Origin: Botryllus schlosseri
Taxonomy: Eukaryota
Length of the DNA: 64,000 nt
Assembly: GCA_051294905.1 (NCBI GenBank)
Contig: CM119381.1
Span: forward strand, 14,632,001 to 14,696,000
Direction of reading: 5' to 3'
Below are positions 11,865 through 23,196 of the stretch, piece after piece; position 1 is the first letter of the stretch, and every line of letters begins with the position of its first letter. The notes below the pieces were generated by a model that saw nothing but the letters and a program-made list of their open reading frames with translations, did not search any database and was not told the DNA's origin. The translations under genes and the position numbers were made by a program.

Positions 11865-12209
11865 GAACGATGTGACAATTTGTGCCCTTTTAAATGACGG
11901 CTTCCCTTTCTCTCGGGCGAAAAGTCGCCATGCTGCCAACGAGACGCCAAAAAGCAGATTGTCTGATTGCGCCGAGCCACTTTCGACCCAACCGGAGAGA
12001 AAAGTCTGCTAGCGGTCGAATATCGTTGGCATCCTGCTCTGTTCTTGTACCTGGTCATGAAAAAAACCAAGTAAATTATGCTCTCCGTGTCAGAGTTATT
12101 TTTTGCAATTTTCGTCATTTCAAAACGGTACGAGATTGCGATATAAGGAAAATGCGTTAGGCCTACTACAATTACAAATTGATCGAGTTTGGGCTACAAT
12201 AATGCAAAA

Positions 12210-12330
12210 GCTGCCTACGGCACACGGTATTCCCAGCCGGTCACCCATGCAAGTACTAACCGCGCCCAACGTTGCTTGACTTCCGAGATCAGACGAGATC
12301 GGGTGTGTTCAACGTGGTATGGTCGTAGGC
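12210..12330 (-). rRNA. 5S rRNA #28 (flank D, C26)
   Basis: Array unit. Confidence 0.96.
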
Positions 12331-12572
12331 GACAGTGGTTGCAATCTGTGCCGTTTTAAATGACATTTTCCGTTTCTCTCAGGCTAAAAATTCGCCACGC
12401 TGCCAACGAGACGCCTGAAAAGCAGATTGTCTGATTGAGCCGAGCCACTTTCGACCCAACCGGAGAGAAACGTCTGCTAGCGGTCGAATATCATTGGCAT
12501 TATCCTGCTTTTTTCTTGTATCTATGTACTACAATTACAAATTGACCGAGTTTGTGCTACAATAATGCAAAA

Positions 12573-12693
12573 GCTGCCTACGGCACACGGTATTCCCAGC
12601 CGGTCACCCATGCAAGTACTAACCGCGCCCAACGTTGCTTGACTTCCGAGATCAGACGAGATCGGGTATGTTCAACGTGGTATGGTCGTAGGC
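12573..12693 (-). rRNA. 5S rRNA #29 (flank A, U26)
   Basis: Array unit. Confidence 0.96.
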
Positions 12694-13038
12694 GACATTG
12701 GCTACAATCTGTGCCGTTTTAAATGACATTTTCCGTTTCTCTCAGGCGAAAAGTCGCCATGCTGCCAACGAGACGCCAAAAAGCAGATTGTCTGATTGCG
12801 CCGAGCCACTTTCGACCCAACCGGAGAGAAAAGACTGCTAGCGGTCGAATATCGTTGGCATCCTGCTCTGTTCTTGTACCTGGTCATGAAAAAACCCAAG
12901 TAAATTATGCTCTCCGTGTCAGAGTTATTTTTTGCAATTTTCGTCATTTCAAAACGGTACGAGATTGCGATATAAGGAAAATGCGTTAGGCCTACTACAA
13001 TTCCAAATTGACCGAGTTTGTGCGACAATAATGCAAAA

Positions 13039-13159
13039 GCTGCCTACGGCACACGGTATTCCCAGCCGGTCACCCATGCAAGTACTAACCGCGCCCAACG
13101 TTGCTTGACTTCCGAGATCAGACGAGATCGGGTATGTTCAACGTGGTATGGTCGTAGGC
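13039..13159 (-). rRNA. 5S rRNA #30 (flank B, U26)
   Basis: Array unit. Confidence 0.96.
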
Positions 13160-13504
13160 GAACGATGTGACAATTTGTGCCCTTTTAAATGACGGCTTCC
13201 CTTTCTCTCGGGCGAAAAGTCGCCATGCTGCCAACGAGACGCCAAAAAGCAGATTGTCTGATTGCGCCGAGCCACTTTCGACCCAACCGGAGAGAAAAGT
13301 CTGCTAGCGGTCGAATATCGTTGGCATCCTGCTCTGTTCTTGTACCTGGTCATGAAAAAAACCAAGTAAATTATGCTCTCCGTGTCAGAGTTATTTTTTG
13401 CAATTTTCGTCATTTCAAAACGGTACGAGATTGCGATATAAGGAAAATGCGTTAGGCCTACTACAATTACAAATTGATCGAGTTTGGGCTACAATAATGC
13501 AAAA

Positions 13505-13625
13505 GCTGCCTACGGCACACGGTATTCCCAGCCGGTCACCCATGCAAGTACTAACCGCGCCCAACGTTGCTTGACTTCCGAGATCAGACGAGATCGGGTG
13601 TGTTCAACGTGGTATGGTCGTAGGC
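13505..13625 (-). rRNA. 5S rRNA #31 (flank D, C26)
   Basis: Array unit. Confidence 0.96.
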
Positions 13626-13867
13626 GACAGTGGTTGCAATCTGTGCCGTTTTAAATGACATTTTCCGTTTCTCTCAGGCTAAAAATTCGCCACGCTGCCA
13701 ACGAGACGCCTGAAAAGCAGATTGTCTGATTGAGCCGAGCCACTTTCGACCCAACCGGAGAGAAACGTCTGCTAGCGGTCGAATATCATTGGCATTATCC
13801 TGCTTTTTTCTTGTATCTATGTACTACAATTACAAATTGACCGAGTTTGTGCTACAATAATGCAAAA

Positions 13868-13988
13868 GCTGCCTACGGCACACGGTATTCCCAGCCGGTC
13901 ACCCATGCAAGTACTAACCGCGCCCAACGTTGCTTGACTTCCGAGATCAGACGAGATCGGGTGTGTTCAACGTGGTATGGTCGTAGGC
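13868..13988 (-). rRNA. 5S rRNA #32 (flank C, C26)
   Basis: Array unit. Confidence 0.96.
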
Positions 13989-14335
13989 GACAGTGGTTGC
14001 AATCTGTGCCGTTTTAAATGACATTTTCCGTTTCTCTCAGGCTAAAAATTCGCCACGCTGCCAACGAGACGCCTGAAAAGCAGATTGTCTGATTGCGCCG
14101 AGCCACTTTCGACCCAACCGGAGAGAAAAGACTGCTAGCGGTCGAATATCGTTGGCATCCTGCTCTGTTCTTGTACCTGGTCATGAAAAAACCCAAGTAA
14201 ATTATGCTCTCCGTGTCAGAGTTATTTTTTGCAATTTTCGTCATTTCAAAACGGTACGAGATTGCGATATAAGGAAAATGCGTTAGGCCTATTACAATTA
14301 CAAATTGATCGAGTTTGGGCTACAATAATGCAAAA

Positions 14336-14456
14336 GCTGCCTACGGCACACGGTATTCCCAGCCGGTCACCCATGCAAGTACTAACCGCGCCCAACGTTG
14401 CTTGACTTCCGAGATCAGACGAGATCGGGTGTGTTCAACGTGGTATGGTCGTAGGC
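14336..14456 (-). rRNA. 5S rRNA #33 (flank D, C26)
   Basis: Array unit. Confidence 0.96.
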
Positions 14457-14698
14457 GACAGTGGTTGCAATCTGTGCCGTTTTAAATGACATTTTCCGTT
14501 TCTCTCAGGCTAAAAATTCGCCACGCTGCCAACGAGACGCCTGAAAAGCAGATTGTCTGATTGAGCCGAGCCACTTTCGACCCAACCGGAGAGAAACGTC
14601 TGCTAGCGGTCGAATATCATTGGCATTATCCTGCTTTTTTCTTGTATCTATGTACTACAATTACAAATTGACCGAGTTTGTGCTACAATAATGCAAAA

Positions 14699-14819
14699 GC
14701 TGCCTACGGCACACGGTATTCCCAGCCGGTCACCCATGCAAGTACTAACCGCGCCCAACGTTGCTTGACTTCCGAGATCAGACGAGATCGGGTGTGTTCA
14801 ACGTGGTATGGTCGTAGGC
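14699..14819 (-). rRNA. 5S rRNA #34 (flank C, C26)
   Basis: Array unit. Confidence 0.96.
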
Positions 14820-15166
14820 GACAGTGGTTGCAATCTGTGCCGTTTTAAATGACATTTTCCGTTTCTCTCAGGCTAAAAATTCGCCACGCTGCCAACGAGA
14901 CGCCTGAAAAGCAGATTGTCTGATTGCGCCGAGCCACTTTCGACCCAACCGGAGAGAAAAGACTGCTAGCGGTCGAATATCGTTGGCATCCTGCTCTGTT
15001 CTTGTACCTGGTCATGAAAAAACCCAAGTAAATTATGCTCTCCGTGTCAGAGTTATTTTTTGCAATTTTCGTCATTTCAAAACGGTACGAGATTGCGATA
15101 TAAGGAAAATGCGTTAGGCCTACTACAATTACAAATTGATCGAGTTTGTGCTACAATAATGCAAAA

Positions 15167-15287
15167 GCTGCCTACGGCACACGGTATTCCCAGCCGGTCA
15201 CCCATGCAAGTACTAACCGCGCCCAACGTTGCTTGACTTCCGAGATCAGACGAGATCGGGTGTGTTCAACGTGGTATGGTCGTAGGC
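15167..15287 (-). rRNA. 5S rRNA #35 (flank C, C26)
   Basis: Array unit; 469 bp because of an A8 run. Confidence 0.96.
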
Positions 15288-15635
15288 GACAGTGGTTGCA
15301 ATCTGTGCCGTTTTAAATGACATTTTCCGTTTCTCTCAGGCTAAAAATTCGCCACGCTGCCAACGAGACGCCTGAAAAGCAGATTGTCTGATTGCGCCGA
15401 GCCACTTTCGACCCAACCGGAGAGAAAAGACTGCTAGCGGTCGAATATCGTTGGCATCCTGCTCTGTTCTTGTACCTGGTCATGAAAAAAAACCAAGTAA
15501 ATTATGCTCTCCGTGTCAGAGTTATTTTTTGCAATTTTCGTCATTTCAAAACGGTACGAGATTGCGATATAAGGAAAATGCGTTAGGCCTACTACAATTA
15601 CAAATTGATCGAGTTTGTGCTACAATAATGCAAAA

Positions 15636-15756
15636 GCTGCCTACGGCACACGGTATTCCCAGCCGGTCACCCATGCAAGTACTAACCGCGTCCAACGTTG
15701 CTTGACTTCCGAGATCAGACGAGATCGGGTATGTTCAACGTGGTATGGTCGTAGGC
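15636..15756 (-). rRNA. 5S rRNA #36 (flank B, U26, G66A)
   Basis: Array unit; variant at 15691. Confidence 0.96.
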
Positions 15757-16101
15757 GAACGATGTGACAATTTGTGCCCTTTTAAATGACGGCTTCCCTT
15801 TCTCTCGGGCGAAAAGTCGCCATGCTGCCAACGAGACGCCAAAAAGCAGATTGTCTGATTGCGCCGAGCCACTTTCGACCCAACCGGAGAGAAAAGTCTG
15901 CTAGCGGTCGAATATCGTTGGCATCCTGCTCTGTTCTTGTACCTGGTCATGAAAAAAACCAAGTAAATTATGCTCTCCGTGTCAGAGTTCTTTTTTGCAA
16001 TTTTCGTCATTTCAAAACGGTACGAGATTGCGATATAAGGAAAATGCGTTAGGCCTACTACAATTACAAATTGATCGAGTTTGGGCTACAATAATGCAAA
16101 A

Positions 16102-16222
16102 GCTGCCTACGGCACACGGTATTCCCAGCCGGTCACCCATGCAAGTACTAACCGCGCCCAACGTTGCTTGACTTCCGAGATCAGACGAGATCGGGTGTGT
16201 TCAACGTGGTATGGTCGTAGGC
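16102..16222 (-). rRNA. 5S rRNA #37 (flank C, C26)
   Basis: Array unit. Confidence 0.96.
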
Positions 16223-16569
16223 GACAGTGGTTGCAATCTGTGCCGTTTTAAATGACATTTTCCGTTTCTCTCAGGCTAAAAATTCGCCACGCTGCCAACG
16301 AGACGCCTGAAAAGCAGATTGTCTGATTGCGCCGAGCCACTTTCGACCCAACCGGAGAGAAAAGACTGCTAGCGGTCGAATATCGTTGGCATCCTGCTCT
16401 GTTCTTGTACCTGGTCATGAAAAAAACCAAGTAAATTATGCTCTCCGTGTCAGAGTTCTTTTTTGCAATTTTCGTCATTTCAAAACGGTACGAGATTGCG
16501 ATATAAGGAAAATGCGTTAGGCCTACTACAATTACAAATTGATCGAGTTTGGGCTACAATAATGCAAAA

Positions 16570-16690
16570 GCTGCCTACGGCACACGGTATTCCCAGCCGG
16601 TCACCCATGCAAGTACTAACCGCGCCCAACGTTGCTTGACTTCCGAGATCAGACGAGATCGGGTGTGTTCAACGTGGTATGGTCGTAGGC
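16570..16690 (-). rRNA. 5S rRNA #38 (flank C, C26)
   Basis: Array unit. Confidence 0.96.
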
Positions 16691-17037
16691 GACAGTGGTT
16701 GCAATCTGTGCCGTTTTAAATGACATTTTCCGTTTCTCTCAGGCTAAAAATTCGCCACGCTGCCAACGAGACGCCTGAAAAGCAGATTGTCTGATTGCGC
16801 CGAGCCACTTTCGACCCAACCGGAGAGAAAAGACTGCTAGCGGTCGAATATCGTTGGCATCCTGCTCTGTTCTTGTACCTGGTCATGAAAAAAACCAAGT
16901 AAATTATGCTCTCCGTGTCAGAGTTATTTTTTGCAATTTTCGTCATTTCAAAACGGTACGAGATTGCGATATAAGGAAAATGCGTTAGGCCTACTACAAT
17001 TACAAATTGATCGAGTTTGGGCTACAATAATGCAAAA

Positions 17038-17158
17038 GCTGCCTACGGCACACGGTATTCCCAGCCGGTCACCCATGCAAGTACTAACCGCGCCCAACGT
17101 TGCTTGACTTCCGAGATCAGACGAGATCGGGTATGTTCAACGTGGTATGGTCGTAGGC
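17038..17158 (-). rRNA. 5S rRNA #39 (flank A, U26)
   Basis: Array unit. Confidence 0.96.
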
Positions 17159-17503
17159 GACATTGGCTACAATCTGTGCCGTTTTAAATGACATTTTCCG
17201 TTTCTCTCAGGCGAAAAGTCGCCATGCTGCCAACGAGACGCCAAAAAGCAGATTGTCTGATTGCGCCGAGCCACTTTCGACCCAACCGGAGAGAAAAGAC
17301 TGCTAGCGGTCGAATATCGTTGGCATCCTGCTCTGTTCTTGTACCTGGTCATGAAAAAACCCAAGTAAATTATGCTCTCCGTGTCAGAGTTATTTTTTGC
17401 AATTTTCGTCATTTCAAAACGGTACGAGATTGCGATATAAGGAAAATGCGTTAGGCCTACTACAATTCCAAATTGACCGAGTTTGTGCGACAATAATGCA
17501 AAA

Positions 17504-17624
17504 GCTGCCTACGGCACACGGTATTCCCAGCCGGTCACCCATGCAAGTACTAACCGCGCCCAACGTTGCTTGACTTCCGAGATCAGACGAGATCGGGTAT
17601 GTTCAACGTGGTATGGTCGTAGGC
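17504..17624 (-). rRNA. 5S rRNA #40 (flank B, U26)
   Basis: Array unit. Confidence 0.96.
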
Positions 17625-17969
17625 GAACGATGTGACAATTTGTGCCCTTTTAAATGACGGCTTCCCTTTCTCTCGGGCGAAAAGTCGCCATGCTGCCAAC
17701 GAGACGCCAAAAAGCAGATTGTCTGATTGCGCCGAGCCACTTTCGACCCAACCGGAGAGAAAAGTCTGCTAGCGGTCGAATATCGTTGGCATCCTGCTCT
17801 GTTCTTGTACCTGGTCATGAAAAAAACCAAGTAAATTATGCTCTCCGTGTCAGAGTTATTTTTTGCAATTTTCGTCATTTCAAAACGGTACGAGATTGCG
17901 ATATAAGGAAAATGCGTTAGGCCTACTACAATTACAAATTGATCGAGTTTGGGCTACAATAATGCAAAA

Positions 17970-18090
17970 GCTGCCTACGGCACACGGTATTCCCAGCCGG
18001 TCACCCATGCAAGTACTAACCGCGCCCAACGTTGCTTGACTTCCGAGATCAGACGAGATCGGGTGTGTTCAACGTGGTATGGTCGTAGGC
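17970..18090 (-). rRNA. 5S rRNA #41 (flank D, C26)
   Basis: Array unit. Confidence 0.96.
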
Positions 18091-18332
18091 GACAGTGGTT
18101 GCAATCTGTGCCGTTTTAAATGACATTTTCCGTTTCTCTCAGGCTAAAAATTCGCCACGCTGCCAACGAGACGCCTGAAAAGCAGATTGTCTGATTGAGC
18201 CGAGCCACTTTCGACCCAACCGGAGAGAAACGTCTGCTAGCGGTCGAATATCATTGGCATTATCCTGCTTTTTTCTTGTATCTATGTACTACAATTACAA
18301 ATTGACCGAGTTTGTGCTACAATAATGCAAAA

Positions 18333-18453
18333 GCTGCCTACGGCACACGGTATTCCCAGCCGGTCACCCATGCAAGTACTAACCGCGCCCAACGTTGCTT
18401 GACTTCCGAGATCAGACGAGATCGGGTATGTTCAACGTGGTATGGTCGTAGGC
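18333..18453 (-). rRNA. 5S rRNA #42 (flank B, U26)
   Basis: Array unit. Confidence 0.96.
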
Positions 18454-18798
18454 GAACGATGTGACAATTTGTGCCCTTTTAAATGACGGCTTCCCTTTCT
18501 CTCGGGCGAAAAGTCGCCATGCTGCCAACGAGACGCCAAAAAGCAGATTGTCTGATTGCGCCGAGCCACTTTCGACCCAACCGGAGAGAAAAGTCTGCTA
18601 GCGGTCGAATATCGTTGGCATCCTGCTCTGTTCTTGTACCTGGTCATGAAAAAAACCAAGTAAATTATGCTCTCCGTGTCAGAGTTATTTTTTGCAATTT
18701 TCGTCATTTCAAAACGGTACGAGATTGCGATATAAGGAAAATGCGTTAGGCCTACTACAATTACAAATTGATCGAGTTTGGGCTACAATAATGCAAAA

Positions 18799-18919
18799 GC
18801 TGCCTACGGCACACGGTATTCCCAGCCGGTCACCCATGCAAGTACTAACCGCGCCCAACGTTGCTTGACTTCCGAGATCAGACGAGATCGGGTATGTTCA
18901 ACGTGGTATGGTCGTAGGC
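18799..18919 (-). rRNA. 5S rRNA #43 (flank A, U26)
   Basis: Array unit. Confidence 0.96.
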
Positions 18920-19264
18920 GACATTGGCTACAATCTGTGCCGTTTTAAATGACATTTTCCGTTTCTCTCAGGCGAAAAGTCGCCATGCTGCCAACGAGAC
19001 GCCAAAAAGCAGATTGTCTGATTGCGCCGAGCCACTTTCGACCCAACCGGAGAGAAAAGACTGCTAGCGGTCGAATATCGTTGGCATCCTGCTCTGTTCT
19101 TGTACCTGGTCATGAAAAAACCCAAGTAAATTATGCTCTCCGTGTCAGAGTTATTTTTTGCAATTTTCGTCATTTCAAAACGGTACGAGATTGCGATATA
19201 AGGAAAATGCGTTAGGCCTACTACAATTCCAAATTGACCGAGTTTGTGCGACAATAATGCAAAA

Positions 19265-19385
19265 GCTGCCTACGGCACACGGTATTCCCAGCCGGTCACC
19301 CATGCAAGTACTAACCGCGCCCAACGTTGCTTGACTTCCGAGATCAGACGAGATCGGGTATGTTCAACGTGGTATGGTCGTAGGC
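19265..19385 (-). rRNA. 5S rRNA #44 (flank B, U26)
   Basis: Array unit. Confidence 0.96.
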
Positions 19386-19730
19386 GAACGATGTGACAAT
19401 TTGTGCCCTTTTAAATGACGGCTTCCCTTTCTCTCGGGCGAAAAGTCGCCATGCTGCCAACGAGACGCCAAAAAGCAGATTGTCTGATTGCGCCGAGCCA
19501 CTTTCGACCCAACCGGAGAGAAAAGTCTGCTAGCGGTCGAATATCGTTGGCATCCTGCTCTGTTCTTGTACCTGGTCATGAAAAAAACCAAGTAAATTAT
19601 GCTCTCCGTGTCAGAGTTATTTTTTGCAATTTTCGTCATTTCAAAACGGTACGAGATTGCGATATAAGGAAAATGCGTTAGGCCTACTACAATTACAAAT
19701 TGATCGAGTTTGGGCTACAATAATGCAAAA

Positions 19731-19851
19731 GCTGCCTACGGCACACGGTATTCCCAGCCGGTCACCCATGCAAGTACTAACCGCGCCCAACGTTGCTTGA
19801 CTTCCGAGATCAGACGAGATCGGGTGTGTTCAACGTGGTATGGTCGTAGGC
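19731..19851 (-). rRNA. 5S rRNA #45 (flank D, C26)
   Basis: Array unit. Confidence 0.96.
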
Positions 19852-20093
19852 GACAGTGGTTGCAATCTGTGCCGTTTTAAATGACATTTTCCGTTTCTCT
19901 CAGGCTAAAAATTCGCCACGCTGCCAACGAGACGCCTGAAAAGCAGATTGTCTGATTGAGCCGAGCCACTTTCGACCCAACCGGAGAGAAACGTCTGCTA
20001 GCGGTCGAATATCATTGGCATTATCCTGCTTTTTTCTTGTATCTATGTACTACAATTACAAATTGACCGAGTTTGTGCTACAATAATGCAAAA

Positions 20094-20214
20094 GCTGCCT
20101 ACGGCACACGGTATTCCCAGCCGGTCACCCATGCAAGTACTAACCGCGCCCAACGTTGCTTGACTTCCGAGATCAGACGAGATCGGGTGTGTTCAACGTG
20201 GTATGGTCGTAGGC
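20094..20214 (-). rRNA. 5S rRNA #46 (flank C, C26)
   Basis: Array unit. Confidence 0.96.
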
Positions 20215-20561
20215 GACAGTGGTTGCAATCTGTGCCGTTTTAAATGACATTTTCCGTTTCTCTCAGGCTAAAAATTCGCCACGCTGCCAACGAGACGCCT
20301 GAAAAGCAGATTGTCTGATTGCGCCGAGCCACTTTCGACCCAACCGGAGAGAAAAGACTGCTAGCGGTCGAATATCGTTGGCATCCTGCTCTGTTCTTGT
20401 ACCTGGTCATGAAAAAACCCAAGTAAATTATGCTCTCCGTGTCAGAGTTATTTTTTGCAATTTTCGTCATTTCAAAACGGTACGAGATTGCGATATAAGG
20501 AAAATGCGTTAGGCCTACTACAATTACAAATTGATCGAGTTTGTGCTACAATAATGCAAAA

Positions 20562-20682
20562 GCTGCCTACGGCACACGGTATTCCCAGCCGGTCACCCAT
20601 GCAAGTACTAACCGCGCCCAACGTTGCTTGACTTCCGAGATCAGACGAGATCGGGTGTGTTCAACGTGGTATGGTCGTAGGC
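20562..20682 (-). rRNA. 5S rRNA #47 (flank C, C26)
   Basis: Last complete unit. Confidence 0.96.
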
Positions 20683-21030
20683 GACAGTGGTTGCAATCTG
20701 TGCCGTTTTAAATGACATTTTCCGTTTCTCTCAGGCTAAAAATTCGCCACGCTGCCAACGAGACGCCTGAAAAGCAGATTGTCTGATTGCGCCGAGCCAC
20801 TTTCGACCCAACCGGAGAGAAAAGACTGCTAGCGGTCGAATATCGTTGGCATCCTGCTCTGTTCTTGTACCTGGTCATGAAAAAAAACCAAGTAAATTAT
20901 GCTCTCCGTGTCAGAGTTATTTTTTGCAATTTTCGTCATTTCAAAACGGTACGAGATTGCGATATAAGGAAAATGCGTTAGGCCTACTACAATTACAAAT
21001 TGATCGAGTTTGTGCTACAATAATGCAAAA

Positions 21031-21076
21031 GCTGCCTACGGCACACGGTATTCCCAGCTGGTCACCCATGCAAGTA
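21031..21076 (-). pseudogene. 5'-truncated 5S rRNA pseudogene at the array boundary
   Basis: Only nt 76-121 and the terminator remain (gctgcctacggcacacggtattcccagctggtcacccatgcaagta, then unique sequence). Carries a private G93A change at 21059 and lacks the A box and 5' end. Confidence 0.92.
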
Positions 21077-23196
21077 TAGTTGTTTGTTTTTGCCATTATT
21101 ACGTCATACAGACAAAATAGTTCCTTCATTTCGAATTGACGTTCACTACTGATGAGAGTCAGTCGAAAAGCTTTTTGCGAATAAATTAGCAATGTGAAGT
21201 TATTGTTTCGCGTTATTCTGAAGTTCTGTACCCCAAATGGCTTGTTCAATTACTGTAATAATAAAAATGAATTCATTTTCATAGGTGATGCTCGGGTCGC
21301 GAAATGCCGCAAAAAATCAGATTTTGGTGGTAGGCTAAAAAGCTGCTTTGCCATTAAACTGTTATGAATTCTGAAGTTAGATGGAGCTAAAGAGCAGAAC
21401 ACACGGCATCGCGAGATCATTTGTTTTTCTCATTTACTCGCGAGACAAATGGGGAAATCGAAAAAAAAAACAGAACACGAGTTGGAGCAACGTATCATAA
21501 GGTAGCGAGTTCTAATGTGCCTACTTTCCTTGATCGTTCTGGATCTTATTTTCCAAGACATAAGGCAAAATTCTCAACACAAACCTGTGTGGGTTTCACC
21601 CTTTCGGCAGATAGAAAGCTAGACTCGGGCTATTGGACCGTGATGTTGAGGTGTGGCCGAAGGTGACCTTTTACTTGTCACCCCATCAGAACCGGAGGCA
21701 GAACAGGGACGTGAGGTAGTTGATGACCTTTTTCTGTTTCTATTTGTAGTCGTATTCTTGCCATGTCTTCGTTATCGATGATAATTTTATACCATGGCGA
21801 TATAACATATTTTTAAATAGTATATTCATATTGAAATGAACCCGAATATTTTCGGCTGACACTCGTCAGGGGTAATCGTCAGCAACTAGTAGAGAATTGG
21901 AAAGAACATTGTATATCAACAATCGTATCACAAAATATGACGTCACCAGCATGAAATTTCGAATGAGAGAGCGTTCAATGTACTATTTTTAGGTGGTACA
22001 CGACATATTTTGATTCCTGAGATGCCAACTTATAGCACGGACCACTTTTTGTAAGATACTGCTTTTGCAGATCCGAGGACGAGTAGGAGCCAATATAAAC
22101 CTCCAACACCTAGGAAGGCATTCCCACCATCGAGAAATGTATAGGCCTACTCATTTGGATGTGAGGTTCACGCTTACAAATTAGAATTGCCGACATAGCC
22201 ATTCACATTGCGATTGCTAGGTAGCGTGCCAGCATTGCAGGTAAAATGTAGGCTCTGGGCGCAACGTAATGTTGTAGGCGACAAATTTGAGAATTGAGAA
22301 GTAATGTTGATCAAATTATATCAGTTAACAAATTTCACTGGTCCTGAGGTTTATCATCCCGGTTTGTTGGAACTGCAATTGAACAGCAGCTGGCTGCCAG
22401 TAAGACTCTTGACCGAGGTATTGCTATCCCCACAGAAGCTATTACACGATCGGCATGGAAACGCGTTTGGCTTCCAAGTATAGACAGTTAGACACCTCTA
22501 TACGCGTCTGTATTTGTTAGTGACGATCGCGATTGGACTCTTCCATGCGACGGTTAATTACATCGACAACGAGGTAGTGGGCAGACTTTGTTGTCAAGCC
22601 AATCTTATGAAATTAACCTCGGCCTGAAGTTTGAACGAGATCTCAGCAGGCAAGTTATGTGGCAACAGAGGTAATGGTTGATAATTCAAAACCTCACACG
22701 GATTGAGAGAAAGTCCTTATTCCTGTCTGCAATAAAATTGTAAAAAAAATGAAGAATTGAAACGATCCCCATGTCAAATTATACTATTCGTAGACGTATT
22801 TGTGAAATGTCCGGAGAGATAAAAGAAAACTTAATTTCTTCTTTGAAGCAGCGAAAAGCCTACTTGAGTACGCCGAAAAGGCAGAAGTACTTCGTCAGTG
22901 ACCGGTGACCACCTATATAAGACTGTGGTTGCTGCTATACGCATTCTGGTAGTTTGCTTTTGCCGTAAGCCAAAAGAGTTCAGAACCACTGTGCTAGTGT
23001 GCCGCGAACTCTTTCATTTTCAAAGTGTGCCGGTTGGGAACCACTGTTGTAAGGTCTGTATTGCACAGGAGGGGTATTCAGAGATCGGTGAATAGCAGAA
23101 CCGAGACAGTTACAGGTTCGCATACTTGACACAGTACTGATACCCTGTCCCACGTTTTACCACGATTTCGTGAAAAAGGTTTAATGAATAACGCAA

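Larger units (their letters stand above)
1..21076 (-). repeat. 5S rDNA tandem array (47 complete units + truncated terminal unit), continuing off the left edge
   Basis: Every unit carries the reverse complement of GCCTACGACCATACCACGTTGAACA(T/C)ACCCGATCTCGTCTGATCTCGGAAGTCAAGCAACGTTGGGCGCGGTTAGTACTTGCATGGGTGACCGGCTGGGAATACCGTGTGCCGTAGGCAGC followed by TTTT. Unit lengths are 466/466/468/363 bp. Class order: ABCCABDBABDABDCDA ABCCABDBABDABDCDC CBCCABDBABDCC. Confidence 0.98.

Noticed and set aside
1-21076. CRISPR-like repeat/spacer appearance
   Set aside because: The constant part is a 121-nt 5S gene and the spacers are themselves repeated; the context is eukaryotic and there are no cas genes.
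262-21249. Dozens of repeated 60-108 aa ORFs (MTKIAK..., MTFSVS..., MTASLS...) in the array
   Set aside because: They lie in the 5S spacer on both strands, open and close with homopolymer indels between classes, and have no recognisable domain; by-products of the tandem repeat.
22280-23170. Short ORFs between the array end and SNX19
   Set aside because: All frames are interrupted by stops and I recognised no motif; probably SNX19 3' UTR or decayed repeats.
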